DNA from: an uncultured Thiotrichales bacterium
GTDB taxonomy: Bacteria > Pseudomonadota > Gammaproteobacteria > UWMA-0217
NCBI GenBank assembly: GCA_964620675.1
Contig: CAZUJU010000008.1
Span: forward strand, 16,434-80,433
Direction of reading: 5' to 3'
Length of the DNA: 64,000 nt
Shown: one piece after another, positions 37,318 to 45,892 of the stretch
How the letters are laid out: each line of letters begins with the position of its first letter
Position numbering within the stretch: position 1 is the stretch's first letter
Notes under the pieces: generated by a model
Database searches by the model: none
What the model saw: the letters and a program-made list of their open reading frames with translations, nothing else
What the model was told of the DNA's origin: nothing
Position numbers and translations under genes: made by a program

Positions 37318-38303
37318 TGCCGCGGCGCGGCGACCTGTTCGATGAGCCGACGCAACAGTTCGTCCACGGTTTCACCCTCAAGTTCGAATTCCGGCGCGAG
37401 TCCGATGCGGTGGCGCAGCGCCGGCAGGGCCATGTGTTTGACGTCATCGGGTGTGAGGTAGTCGCGCCCCGCGAGCGCGGCGTGGGCCTTGCCCGCGCGC
37501 AGCAGCGCGATGCCCCCGCGCGGCCCGGCGCCGACCCGGATGCCCGGCCAGTCTCGCGTCGCGCGCACCAGTCGGACGGCATAGTCGGTCACGGCGGAGT
37601 CGACTTGCACGGCCGACACGCCATGTTGCAGGCGCAGCACCCCGTCCGGGGTCAGGCAGGTGCCGAGGCGGGAAACGTCCAGGGTGTCACCGATCTGGTT
37701 CTGGGTTACTTGCGTCAGCATTCGGTGTTCCTCGTCCGCGCTGGGGTAATCCATCATCACTTTCAACAAAAAGCGGTCGAGCTGCGCCTCGGGCAACGGA
37801 TAGGTGCCTTCCTGCTCCAACGGGTTTTGCGTCGCGAGGGTGAGAAACGGGCGCGGAACGGTAAACGCCTGTCCTTCGATCGTCACTTGTTGCTCCTGCA
37901 TGACTTCGAGCAAGGCTGATTGGGTTTTCGCCGGCGCGCGGTTGATCTCGTCCGCGAGTAAAACGTGGGTAAAGACGGGGCCTTTGCGCACCACGAAGCG
38001 TTCGGTTTTGAGGTCGTAGATGGCGTGACCGGCCACGTCGCTCGGCATCAGGTCGGGAGTAAACTGGATCCGCGCGTGACTGCCGCCGAAGGTGCGTGCC
38101 AGCGCCCGCACCAGCAAGGTCTTGCCGATGCCGGGCACCCCCTCGATCAGGACGTGACCGCCCGCCAGCAAGGCGATCAGCACTTCCTCGATGACGCGGC
38201 TCTGGCCGATGATCGCCTTGGCGATTTCCGCCCTGACCGTCTGCATCACGGCGGCGATTTCGGCGGCCGTGGGCGGTGGTGGATTCGATATCGTTTCGTT
38301 CAT
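37314..38303 (-). CDS. MoxR-family AAA+ ATPase
   Basis: Walker A GVPGIGKT, Walker B LLADEINRAPAKTQSALLEVMQE, and the MoxR-type C-terminus. Confidence 0.9.
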   Translation of the reverse strand: MNETISNPPPPTAAEIAAVMQTVRAEIAKAIIGQSRVIEEVLIALLAGGHVLIEGVPGIGKTLLVRALARTFGGSHARIQFTPDLMPSDVAGHAIYDLKTERFVVRKGPVFTHVLLADEINRAPAKTQSALLEVMQEQQVTIEGQAFTVPRPFLTLATQNPLEQEGTYPLPEAQLDRFLLKVMMDYPSADEEHRMLTQVTQNQIGDTLDVSRLGTCLTPDGVLRLQHGVSAVQVDSAVTDYAVRLVRATRDWPGIRVGAGPRGGIALLRAGKAHAALAGRDYLTPDDVKHMALPALRHRIGLAPEFELEGETVDELLRRLIEQVAAPRQ

Positions 38304-39385
38304 GATCCCGTGCGTTGTCGATTGAGTTGGCGTACGTGCGCGGTAAACGCCTGAGGCGTCATCGTCTCGGCGCGGTCCGCCAACGGCGTGGCGTCATGGT
38401 TGACGCGCAGATGTCGCCGCGCACGGCGGTCGACCGCCCATTGCAGTGCGCGCAAAAGCCGCGCGTGGTCACCCTGACGCCAGTAGACATACGCGCTTGC
38501 TTCGAGATGCTGCCGCAATTCACGCCGCACATGATCCGGCGGTGGCCGCAGCGGACCGAACCGCGCGCCGGCATGCCATGCCCCCGCCGCGGCGAGCAGC
38601 ATTAAGGCCGCCAGGGCGGCCCAAGCATGCTGCCAGAGCAGCAGCGGTAACGCCGGATAGGCCTCGGTATGCGCGAGCCAGACGCGAGCGGGCGGTTCGT
38701 GTACGCGGTTGACTAGATGCCAAAGCGCGGCTGCGTGCGCGTGGGTGCAAAGCGCGTCATTGTGCAGGAAGTCGAGGTCCGACAGTACCGTAATGGCGCC
38801 CTCGCCGAGCGCGCGATGAACCAGGTGGACGCCGTTGGCATCGGCCAGGATCTCGTCGCCCGCGCGGTGGCCTGCCAGGGTGTAATAGCCGACAAAGAAG
38901 ACGTCCAGCTCGTCGGTGCGGCCGCTCCGGGAACGGAACAGATGCGGGTTCGCCGCATCGGGATAGGCGAGATCGGGGCTAAAGCTCACCTCTAATCCTA
39001 GGCGTTCGAGCAGCGGATCGGTGGGAGGTGGCGCATCGCGGTTGCGCTCCGGGGTGACGGCGCGCAGCACGAGGTGACCGCCGCGCGCGACCCAAGCGAG
39101 CAAGTGATCGAGGTGTTCATCGCGCAGGCGTTGACGTTCGGTATCGAGCACCAGCACCGCATTGAGGTCGAGGTCGCGCGCGACACCGGCCGGCGCAACC
39201 CGGGCATCGAATCCCATCTCGACCAGTAAGCGGCGGGCAAAGTACAGCGGGTTTTGGGCTTGTTCGCCCTCGACCCGCGCGGGCTCGGTCACCTCGCGCA
39301 ACTCGAACAGGCTGAGGAAGGTGGCCGCGGCGACCAGCGACATGCTTACCACCAGCATGGTCAACACCTGCGGGTGCCGCTTCAC
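38300..39385 (-). CDS. DUF4350-like membrane-anchored protein
   Basis: N-terminal TM helix, then the NPLYFARRLLVEMGF…VLVLD… layout remembered for DUF4350, and a second TM helix near residue 250. GTG start with a GTGA overlap on the upstream gene; ATGA overlap with moxR. Confidence 0.6.
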   Translation of the reverse strand: MKRHPQVLTMLVVSMSLVAAATFLSLFELREVTEPARVEGEQAQNPLYFARRLLVEMGFDARVAPAGVARDLDLNAVLVLDTERQRLRDEHLDHLLAWVARGGHLVLRAVTPERNRDAPPPTDPLLERLGLEVSFSPDLAYPDAANPHLFRSRSGRTDELDVFFVGYYTLAGHRAGDEILADANGVHLVHRALGEGAITVLSDLDFLHNDALCTHAHAAALWHLVNRVHEPPARVWLAHTEAYPALPLLLWQHAWAALAALMLLAAAGAWHAGARFGPLRPPPDHVRRELRQHLEASAYVYWRQGDHARLLRALQWAVDRRARRHLRVNHDATPLADRAETMTPQAFTAHVRQLNRQRTGS

Positions 39386-40839
39386 CGATCAGCGCCAAAC
39401 TGCTGCGCCCAGGCGTGGGCCAAGGCGCGCACCGCGGCGGGATCGGGCGGTCGCGCGGCGTAGGCGGTCGCGCTCCAGAGCGTCACCAGCCGGGTGAGCA
39501 GCGCGGTTTGCGCGGTGCTCAGAACCGGTGTCGCCAGCGCGATCAGCTCGTTTTCGGTAACCCCGGGTGTAAGCGTGTGATCGCGCCCTAGAAACACGTG
39601 CGCCGCGCGATACAACAGGGCGAGCGCTGCACGAGGCTGGCCCTGATCGAGGTGCCGCAGCGCCTCCCGCGACGGCTCGCCGGCGATCGAACCAGCGGCG
39701 GTCACGTATCCGGGCGGCGCCGGCGGTGGAACCGTGGCCGGATCACGCCGCCGCCGCCGGCCGCGATGGACCACGAGCGCCGCCAGTGCGATCGCGAGCA
39801 GCAGCCACAGCAGCCACTTCAGCCCTTGCGCGAGTGAATGCAGCCATGCGCCGAAGCCCGTGTCGGCGCCGGTCGCCGAGGTGCCGGGCGCCGAATCGCG
39901 CCATTGCCAGACCCAGGTGGTGGTCGCGGTCGGATGGAGCGCTTCGCACAACTCAAGTGCCGCCACGGTTTGCTGAACCTCCGCTGCGATGCCGGGCGGC
40001 GCGGTCGCCGCCACGGTCACATGCGGTGCGGTCAGTGCGAACAAGGCGCCAACGAGTAGGCAGGCCGGCATCGCGGTACGACTCGCCGCGGCGACACGCC
40101 GGCCCAGACGGCGCAGCGCGAGCTCGAGATCCCAGGCCTCAAGGTCGATACGACGCTGCAGGTACAACGTGAAACCCGCCGCGACATAGATCGGCTCGAT
40201 GACGATCACCGCCAGCAAATAAAATACATGACCGACCACCGCGACCCACTGCTGATCGCCAGGCGCGATGAACAGCGCCTCCAGCAAACCGATCGGGTCG
40301 ATACCCTGTGGGGCGAGCAAGGCCGCCAGCAACAGTGGCCCGACGTAGATCGACAATTCAAGGTGGACACAGGCCAGCGTGAGCCAGAACGGCGCCGCGC
40401 CGATGCGGCGTTTCAGCAGCGCGATGCGTTCGCGTCGTGCCGCGCCGCGCAGACCTTCCAGCTGCCACGCCGGAAGTTGAAAACTGCGCGACGGCGAGAG
40501 CCGCGCCAGGGTGAGTCCGCGGATGAGTCGGGTATGGCGCAGCAATCCGGGTAGCGCCTTCAGCGTCGCACCGAGGCTGGGGGCTTCAGCAAATGCGGCG
40601 TGACTGATCGCGTGCAGCAACCAGCGATCAAATACGGGTTTGAGCCACCAGAACAACAGGCTCGGCAAGGCATGCTCGATACCGAAAATGAGCAGCAGGG
40701 CGGCGTAGCTGGTGATCGCGAAGGCTACCCAGGGCAGGTAGATCGCGCGCCAATGCGCGCGCGTCAGGCCCAGACCGAGGTCCATCGCATCCCAGGGATT
40801 ACGCGGGCGCAGTTCGAGTTGCAGGCGTTCCAGTCGCAT
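39382..40839 (-). CDS. Multi-pass membrane protein with C-terminal DUF4129-like domain
   Basis: Several TM helices, an Arg-rich juxtamembrane stretch (HRGRRRRRD), and a helical C-terminal domain (ALALLYRAAHVFLGRDHTLTPGVTENE…) resembling DUF4129. The start is set at ATG 40837-40839, 4 nt after the upstream stop; the 550-aa track ORF is over-extended. Confidence 0.6.
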   Translation of the reverse strand: MRLERLQLELRPRNPWDAMDLGLGLTRAHWRAIYLPWVAFAITSYAALLLIFGIEHALPSLLFWWLKPVFDRWLLHAISHAAFAEAPSLGATLKALPGLLRHTRLIRGLTLARLSPSRSFQLPAWQLEGLRGAARRERIALLKRRIGAAPFWLTLACVHLELSIYVGPLLLAALLAPQGIDPIGLLEALFIAPGDQQWVAVVGHVFYLLAVIVIEPIYVAAGFTLYLQRRIDLEAWDLELALRRLGRRVAAASRTAMPACLLVGALFALTAPHVTVAATAPPGIAAEVQQTVAALELCEALHPTATTTWVWQWRDSAPGTSATGADTGFGAWLHSLAQGLKWLLWLLLAIALAALVVHRGRRRRRDPATVPPPAPPGYVTAAGSIAGEPSREALRHLDQGQPRAALALLYRAAHVFLGRDHTLTPGVTENELIALATPVLSTAQTALLTRLVTLWSATAYAARPPDPAAVRALAHAWAQQFGADR

Positions 40840-40843
40840 CCCG

Positions 40844-41803
40844 TCAACGCCGTCCGACCCAGCCGAAGTAACCGAGCAGGACTGCCCAGGACGCGCCACC
40901 GACCGCATATTTGAAGGCCGACGGAACCCCAGTATGGGCCGACCAGAACGCCTCGATATACGCCGCAAGCACGAACAGCAGGGCGGCCCCGTAGACCAGC
41001 GGGATTGCGGCGCAGGCGTGTTCGCGCAAGGCATCGCGGCGACGCTGGTGCCCCGGCCGCAGCAGCGCGACCGCGAGTTTGAACCCGGCCGCGCCCGATA
41101 GCACGATCGCCACCAACTCCGGTGCGCTGTGCCCGCTGACGAAACTCCAGAACGGCTGGCCGTGGCCGATCAGGGTCAGGTGCCCCGCCACCGCGCCGAT
41201 ATACACCGCGTTGACGAGCAGTGACGCCAGCGTACCCAGCCCAAACAGCAAGCCGCCGGCAAAGGTCTGGAACCCGATGCTGGTGTTGTTGCGGATATAA
41301 AACCCAAACATCTGGATATCCGTGGTCGCTTCGCGCGCGCGGCCGATCCGATGTGGGTGATCCGGTGCGTACATATCCTCGATCGTGGCGACCTGTTCCG
41401 GGTCGAGTACGCTGAAGATCAGGTCGGGTTCGATTTTCAGAACTCCGAACGCGAGCGCGAGGGTGCCAAAAAACACCAGGCTGGCGAGCAGTACCACGCG
41501 CCACTCCGCCCGCACACGCCGCGGCAACTCGGCGCCGAAGAAACGCGCTGCAGGTCGCCACGGGGCGGTCGGGGGTTGGTAAAGATGCTGATGCGCGCGC
41601 AACGCCAGCGTTTCAAGGCGCTGAGTGAGCGCCGGGCCATAGCCGCGGGTCCGGGCGAGCGCGAGTTGGTGGCTCAAGCGCCGATAATCGGCAGGCAAAT
41701 CGAAACCAGGCGGTGGCGCCGTGCCGTGCCGGATCACATTGAGGCCGGCCTCGAATGCATCCCATTCGGCGCTGTGTGTGCGCACAAAGCGTGCCGGCGT
41801 CAT
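40844..41803 (-). CDS. SpoIIM-like (DUF95) integral membrane protein
   Basis: A soluble helical N-terminus is followed by a TM core with FYIRNNTSIGFQTFAGG…GHSAPELVAIVLSGAAG…AAYIEAF, as in the stage II sporulation protein M family. Confidence 0.65.
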   Translation of the reverse strand: MTPARFVRTHSAEWDAFEAGLNVIRHGTAPPPGFDLPADYRRLSHQLALARTRGYGPALTQRLETLALRAHQHLYQPPTAPWRPAARFFGAELPRRVRAEWRVVLLASLVFFGTLALAFGVLKIEPDLIFSVLDPEQVATIEDMYAPDHPHRIGRAREATTDIQMFGFYIRNNTSIGFQTFAGGLLFGLGTLASLLVNAVYIGAVAGHLTLIGHGQPFWSFVSGHSAPELVAIVLSGAAGFKLAVALLRPGHQRRRDALREHACAAIPLVYGAALLFVLAAYIEAFWSAHTGVPSAFKYAVGGASWAVLLGYFGWVGRR

Positions 41804-41809
41804 CGCGCG

Positions 41810-42499
41810 TCAACCGCGCCGGCCGTTCAGCCAGTGCGCGAGTGCCAGCAGTTGCGGCGCGGCGGGCTGGTGCGGGTTCAGCAACGGGGCCGCGAAGCGC
41901 GCCAGTTCCTCGGCGCGCTCCGCGGTCAGGGCGGGCCGGCGCTCAGCAAAGGCGAGGACCGTTTCACGCTCGCAGGCAGTCAGCGCGGTGGCGGGCGCCA
42001 CGGCGGGAAGATCGTCATCGAGCGGCGTGGGCGTCGCGACGCTGCGTGGTCGATAGATCACGAGGGTGCCGGCAACCAGATCGCCGAGGCGCTGGTGCGT
42101 GCGCGTGAGCAGCAGACTGCACAGCCCGAGCAGGTAAGTGCCCGGCAGGAGGTCGATCACGCGCACCAGGTTGCGTAGCATCGATGCGTTCCAGCCGATC
42201 GGGGTGCCGTCGTCGTGTACGACGATAAGTCCCAGCAGATGTTTGCCGGGCGTCGCGCCGGACCACAGGGTTTCGAACAGCACCGGATAGAACCATTCGC
42301 CGATGAACAAGACCAACAGGATCAGGCCAAGCCCCAATTCGCCGAGGTAGGACAGCGGCACGAATATCAACGCATACAGCAACAGCCGCAGCCACAGGTC
42401 AATCAGCCACGCATAGAACCGGGCGAACGGCCCCGCGGTCGCGAGCTCGAAGGTGATCCCTTCAGGGGTCTCGACCGCGCTACGGTTGTTGAGCGGCAT
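41810..42499 (-). CDS. RDD-family membrane protein
   Basis: RDD pattern (RFYAWLIDLWL … QRLGDLVAGT) with 3 TM helices. The start is set at ATG 42497-42499 and overlaps the apaH 3' end by 20 nt. Confidence 0.7.
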   Translation of the reverse strand: MPLNNRSAVETPEGITFELATAGPFARFYAWLIDLWLRLLLYALIFVPLSYLGELGLGLILLVLFIGEWFYPVLFETLWSGATPGKHLLGLIVVHDDGTPIGWNASMLRNLVRVIDLLPGTYLLGLCSLLLTRTHQRLGDLVAGTLVIYRPRSVATPTPLDDDLPAVAPATALTACERETVLAFAERRPALTAERAEELARFAAPLLNPHQPAAPQLLALAHWLNGRRG

Positions 42500-43334
42500 G
42501 CGCCTCGTGCGGGCGGAGCGCGCCCGCGCAGGGGATTGATAGGCGCTGCGGCTGATGGGCATCGATCCGGAGCGCGGTCAGCGCTCCACCCCAGACGCAG
42601 CCGGTGTCGAGCGCGTAGACGTTGTCGCGGTCGTGAAAGCCCAGGGTCGACCAGTGTCCGAACACGATCCGCACCCCCTTGTTGAGGCGCCAGGGGATCT
42701 GGTACCACGGCGTGAGGTGCTTGGGCTGCGAACCGGGCAGGAGCTTTTGTTTGAAATCGAGTTGCCCCGCCGCGTCGCAATAGCGCATCCGGGTCAGGGC
42801 GTTGACGCTGTAGCGCAGGCGATCGAGACCGGACAGCGCCGGCGACCAGAGCTGCGGCTTGTTGCCGTACATCTGGGTCAGGAAGGTGCGGTGGTCGGGT
42901 CCGCGCAGGGTCCCCTCAACCTCTCGGGCACAGGACAGTGCGGTGGCGAGATCCCATTGCGGCGGCAACCCGGCATGGACCATCGCGATTTCCAGGGCCG
43001 GGTCGTAATGTAGCAGCGGAAGGTGACGCAACCAATGCAATAGATCCGCCGCGTCCGGCGCATGCAGTACCGCGAAAAACGTGTCCTTGGGGCGCGCCGG
43101 TTGAATGCCGAGGCTGACCGCGAGCAGGTGCAGATCATGATTGCCGAGCACGGCGACGGCCGCTTTCCCCAGTTCGCGCACGTAACGCAGGGTATTGAGC
43201 GAGTCCGGCCCGCGATTGACGAGATCGCCGACGAACCAAAGGGTATCGACCACAGGGTCGAAATTCAGGCGTTCGACGAGACGTTGCACGTCGGCGAAAC
43301 AGCCCTGTACATCACCTATTGCGTAGATGGCCAT
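42480..43334 (-). CDS. apaH: Bis(5'-nucleosyl)-tetraphosphatase (symmetrical)
   Basis: MAIYAIGDVQGC…WFVGDLVNRGPDS…LGNHDLHLL…GHW is the canonical ApaH metallophosphatase pattern. Confidence 0.95.
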   Translation of the reverse strand: MAIYAIGDVQGCFADVQRLVERLNFDPVVDTLWFVGDLVNRGPDSLNTLRYVRELGKAAVAVLGNHDLHLLAVSLGIQPARPKDTFFAVLHAPDAADLLHWLRHLPLLHYDPALEIAMVHAGLPPQWDLATALSCAREVEGTLRGPDHRTFLTQMYGNKPQLWSPALSGLDRLRYSVNALTRMRYCDAAGQLDFKQKLLPGSQPKHLTPWYQIPWRLNKGVRIVFGHWSTLGFHDRDNVYALDTGCVWGGALTALRIDAHQPQRLSIPCAGALRPHEAHAAQQP

Positions 43335-43518
43335 GTGCGCGGCGCGAAGAAAGAGTTGAAACGATTGCCAAGAGTGTCACAGGCGGCACGGCGCGGCTAC
43401 CCATTGTGGTGGACGATAAACCTAGATTCCTCGGTTGACCGCTCGTTTGGGTACGTAACGTGCTGTATACGCGAAAACACTGTGCTGAAATCGGCTACAC
43501 CTTCCGGGTGCACACGCT

Positions 43519-43710
43519 ACGTGCCCGAGTGCACGGCCTTCGGGGCGCATGGCTGCGTTGCAACTCCTTGGAATGGAACAACCATTCCGCGTCGTTGCGC
43601 GTTGCGAATACCCTCCATGACATTCGCCCTTCGGGCCAGCCTGCGGCGGTCCAAATCCGCTCCTGGCGGATTTGTTCCCTGCACCTCGAATGCCGCCCAC
43701 TCGGGCACGT
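43519..43710. repeat. MITE-like element bounded by 13-bp perfect inverted repeats
   Basis: ACGTGCCCGAGTG (43519-43531) and CACTCGGGCACGT (43698-43710) bracket two internal hairpins: GGAATGG-aacaa-CCATTCC (43570-43588) and CAAATCCGC-tcctg-GCGGATTTG (43652-43674). It lies in an ORF-free gap between apaG and apaH. Confidence 0.5.
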
Positions 43711-44163
43711 CCAACCGAGGATTTTAGGATAAAAAAAGTTTTGGCGGCATTACGGTGGAATTCGCGATCGAGGCGCGCCTCGGGGCGGCGGTTGAATCTC
43801 CACGCGGAGGCGGGTAAGGACGAAATACGCGGGCGGAGCGAATGTAGCCCAAAGGAATGGACGCGACGCCTATCGCGAGCGAACCCGGTCATCCGGCAGG
43901 CTTGGCCGCGACGTCCAAGACAACTCTCATGGCGAGGACGCCGCCCCGGAGGATGCAAGCTGTTCCGGGCCCGGGCAGGCGGGGATCGTCGTGAACCCGA
44001 CCTTGGGGGCGCGACCGACGCTTCCAGCTATCCAACCCGGAGCGGCATCCCCTGAGAATCGAGTATCTCACCGTTAACAGGCAAGAAAGTCGCGCGCGGC
44101 GCACTGCGGTGCGCGATCAATGGCGCGCGGATGCGCATTGCGTGGCGGCGTAAACGCGAGGAC

Positions 44164-44547
44164 TCAATGCAGTTTTTGCGGCACGCAGAGCGTGAACGGG
44201 CTGATCTCGGCGTCGAAACTCTCGCCGTTGTCGGCCACCATCTGGTAGCTCCCCTGCATCACGCCGTAAGGGGTTTCGAGCATGGTACCGCTGGTGTACT
44301 GAAAGCCCTCGCCCGGTTTGAGGTAGGGCTGTTCACCGACGACTCCGGCGCCGCGTACTTCTTGTACCTTGCCGTTGGCGTCGGTGATCACCCAGTGCCG
44401 GGTGAGAAGTTTGGCGGGGAGATCGCCGCGATTTTCGATCGTCACGGTGTAGGCGAAAATATAGCGATCGCTATCCGGATCGGACTCCGTCGAGAGATAG
44501 GCCGTATCCACACGCACCGCAATCTCGTGGGGAAGTTTTTCTTGCAT
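44164..44547 (-). CDS. apaG: ApaG (DUF525) protein
   Basis: YIFAYTVTIENRGDLPAKLLTRHWVITDANGKVQEVRGAGVVGEQPYLKPGEGFQYTSG is canonical ApaG. The start is set at ATG 44545-44547. Confidence 0.9.
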   Translation of the reverse strand: MQEKLPHEIAVRVDTAYLSTESDPDSDRYIFAYTVTIENRGDLPAKLLTRHWVITDANGKVQEVRGAGVVGEQPYLKPGEGFQYTSGTMLETPYGVMQGSYQMVADNGESFDAEISPFTLCVPQKLH

Positions 44548-44612
44548 GTCGTTTCGACCGGGTTGGTTGAGCACTGGATAGAGTATGTAAAAAAAACCGA
44601 CCGAAGGTAAGT

Positions 44613-45398
44613 TTAAGCGCGCGTTCTTGCCGAAATATTGTTACTGAGTCGCACAAAATCTGTAGTCCCCAATCGCTCCGGCCGCAATCTCGGATCGATT
44701 CCGGCGGCGGCGAAATCCGCCGTTTCGGCGAGACCGCGCAGGCTCCCGCCGAGCATCTTGCGGCGCTGGGAAAACGCCTGGCGCACGAGCCCGGTCAGCA
44801 GCGCCGGATCGTGGGCCGTGATCACCGGCGCTGCGCGTGGCCGCAGGCGCACCACCGCCGAATGGACCTTGGGCGCGGGCCGAAACGCGCCGGGTCCGAC
44901 TTCGAACAGCTTCTCGACCTCGCAGTGATACTGAACCATGACGCTCAAGCGTCCGTAGTGTTCGCCGCCGGGCTCGGCCGCCAAGCGGTCGACAACCTCG
45001 CGCTGCAACAAAAAGTGCATGTCGGCGATGTGATCGGCCGCCGCGAGCAGGTGAAACAGGAGTGGGGTCGAGATGTTGTACGGCAGGTTGCCGACGACCC
45101 GGAGCGCGCGACCGAGGGCGGTAAAGTCAAAGCGCAATGCGTCCGCGGTGTGGAGGTTTAGTCGGCCCTGCGCCGCCGGTGCGGTGCTCAGGCTGGACGC
45201 CAGATCACGGTCGATCTCGATCGCCGTGAGTCGCGTCAGATGCGCGAGCAGGCGCCAGGTGAGCGCGCCCTGGCCCGGGCCGATCTCGACCATTCTGTCT
45301 TCAGGTTGCGGCGCGATCGCGGCGACGATCTGGTCGAGGATGCGCGGGTCGTGCAGAAAGTTCTGGCCGAAGCGTTTGCGCGGGCGGTGGAGTTGCAC
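44613..45398 (-). CDS. rsmA: 16S rRNA (adenine1518/1519-N6)-dimethyltransferase
   Basis: KRFGQNFLHDPRILDQIV…VEIGPGQGALT…VGNLPYNISTPLLFHL is canonical KsgA/RsmA. Confidence 0.95.
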   Translation of the reverse strand: MQLHRPRKRFGQNFLHDPRILDQIVAAIAPQPEDRMVEIGPGQGALTWRLLAHLTRLTAIEIDRDLASSLSTAPAAQGRLNLHTADALRFDFTALGRALRVVGNLPYNISTPLLFHLLAAADHIADMHFLLQREVVDRLAAEPGGEHYGRLSVMVQYHCEVEKLFEVGPGAFRPAPKVHSAVVRLRPRAAPVITAHDPALLTGLVRQAFSQRRKMLGGSLRGLAETADFAAAGIDPRLRPERLGTTDFVRLSNNISARTRA

Positions 45399-45416
45399 GA
45401 ACGGCGCGGGGTCCGA

Positions 45417-45836
45417 TTACAAATAACGGCGCAAGTGATCTGGGCGATTATCCCGACACCCGTGCTTGATGTGTTCGTAGCGCGAGGCGAAGATTCGGCG
45501 CGCGCAGTTTTGCGAGCAACTGAGCCGTTCGAGCCCGAGATTGCTGCGCTCGTTCGCCTCGGTGTAGTAGTAGAGCGCGCGTTTAAGCTTGTAAAACAGA
45601 CTGTTATCGAGGTGAAATCCGACCTCCGAGAGTGCGGTTTCGATCTGTTCGAGGGTCACGACGAATAGGTTGTAGCCGACTTCGAGCTGGTATTCGCCGA
45701 CCAGTTCGATGAGATGAATCCCGTGGGTATCGCTGAGTAGATGGGCGGCGGCGTGCGCCCGATAGTTCGGGTCACAGGGGGCGCGCAACCCGACGATGCG
45801 ACGTTTCAGCAGGATCTCGATCTTTACCTCGCTCAT
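45417..45836 (-). CDS. Hypothetical protein: degenerate HMA-like (ferredoxin-fold-like) N-domain plus Cys/His-rich tail
   Basis: 139-aa ORF, tightly packed (18 nt) upstream of rsmA on the same strand. The N-terminal part has an HMA-like pattern (VKIEILLKRRIVGL…C…HGIHLIELV…LEVGYN…TLEQIETALSEVGFHL) but lacks the GMxCxxC motif. The tail is CSQNCARRIF…HIKHGCRDNRPDHLRRYL. No family was recognised. Confidence 0.55.
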   Translation of the reverse strand: MSEVKIEILLKRRIVGLRAPCDPNYRAHAAAHLLSDTHGIHLIELVGEYQLEVGYNLFVVTLEQIETALSEVGFHLDNSLFYKLKRALYYYTEANERSNLGLERLSCSQNCARRIFASRYEHIKHGCRDNRPDHLRRYL

Positions 45837-45892
45837 ATCGACATAAGCCTAACCGGTTCGTGCGAATTTGCAATTCCGCGTCTTGGTAGAGG

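Noticed and set aside
40840-41034. N-terminal 65 codons of the 550-aa track ORF (39382-41034)
   Set aside because: It overlaps the 3' end of the SpoIIM-like gene. The ATG at 40837-40839 lies 4 nt after that gene's stop and begins a sensible membrane protein.
43422-43958. 178-aa minus-strand ORF and 127-aa plus-strand ORF inside the apaG-apaH gap
   Set aside because: Both are extremely Arg/Gly/Pro-rich, lack SD sequences and run through hairpin and inverted-repeat DNA. They are judged non-coding.
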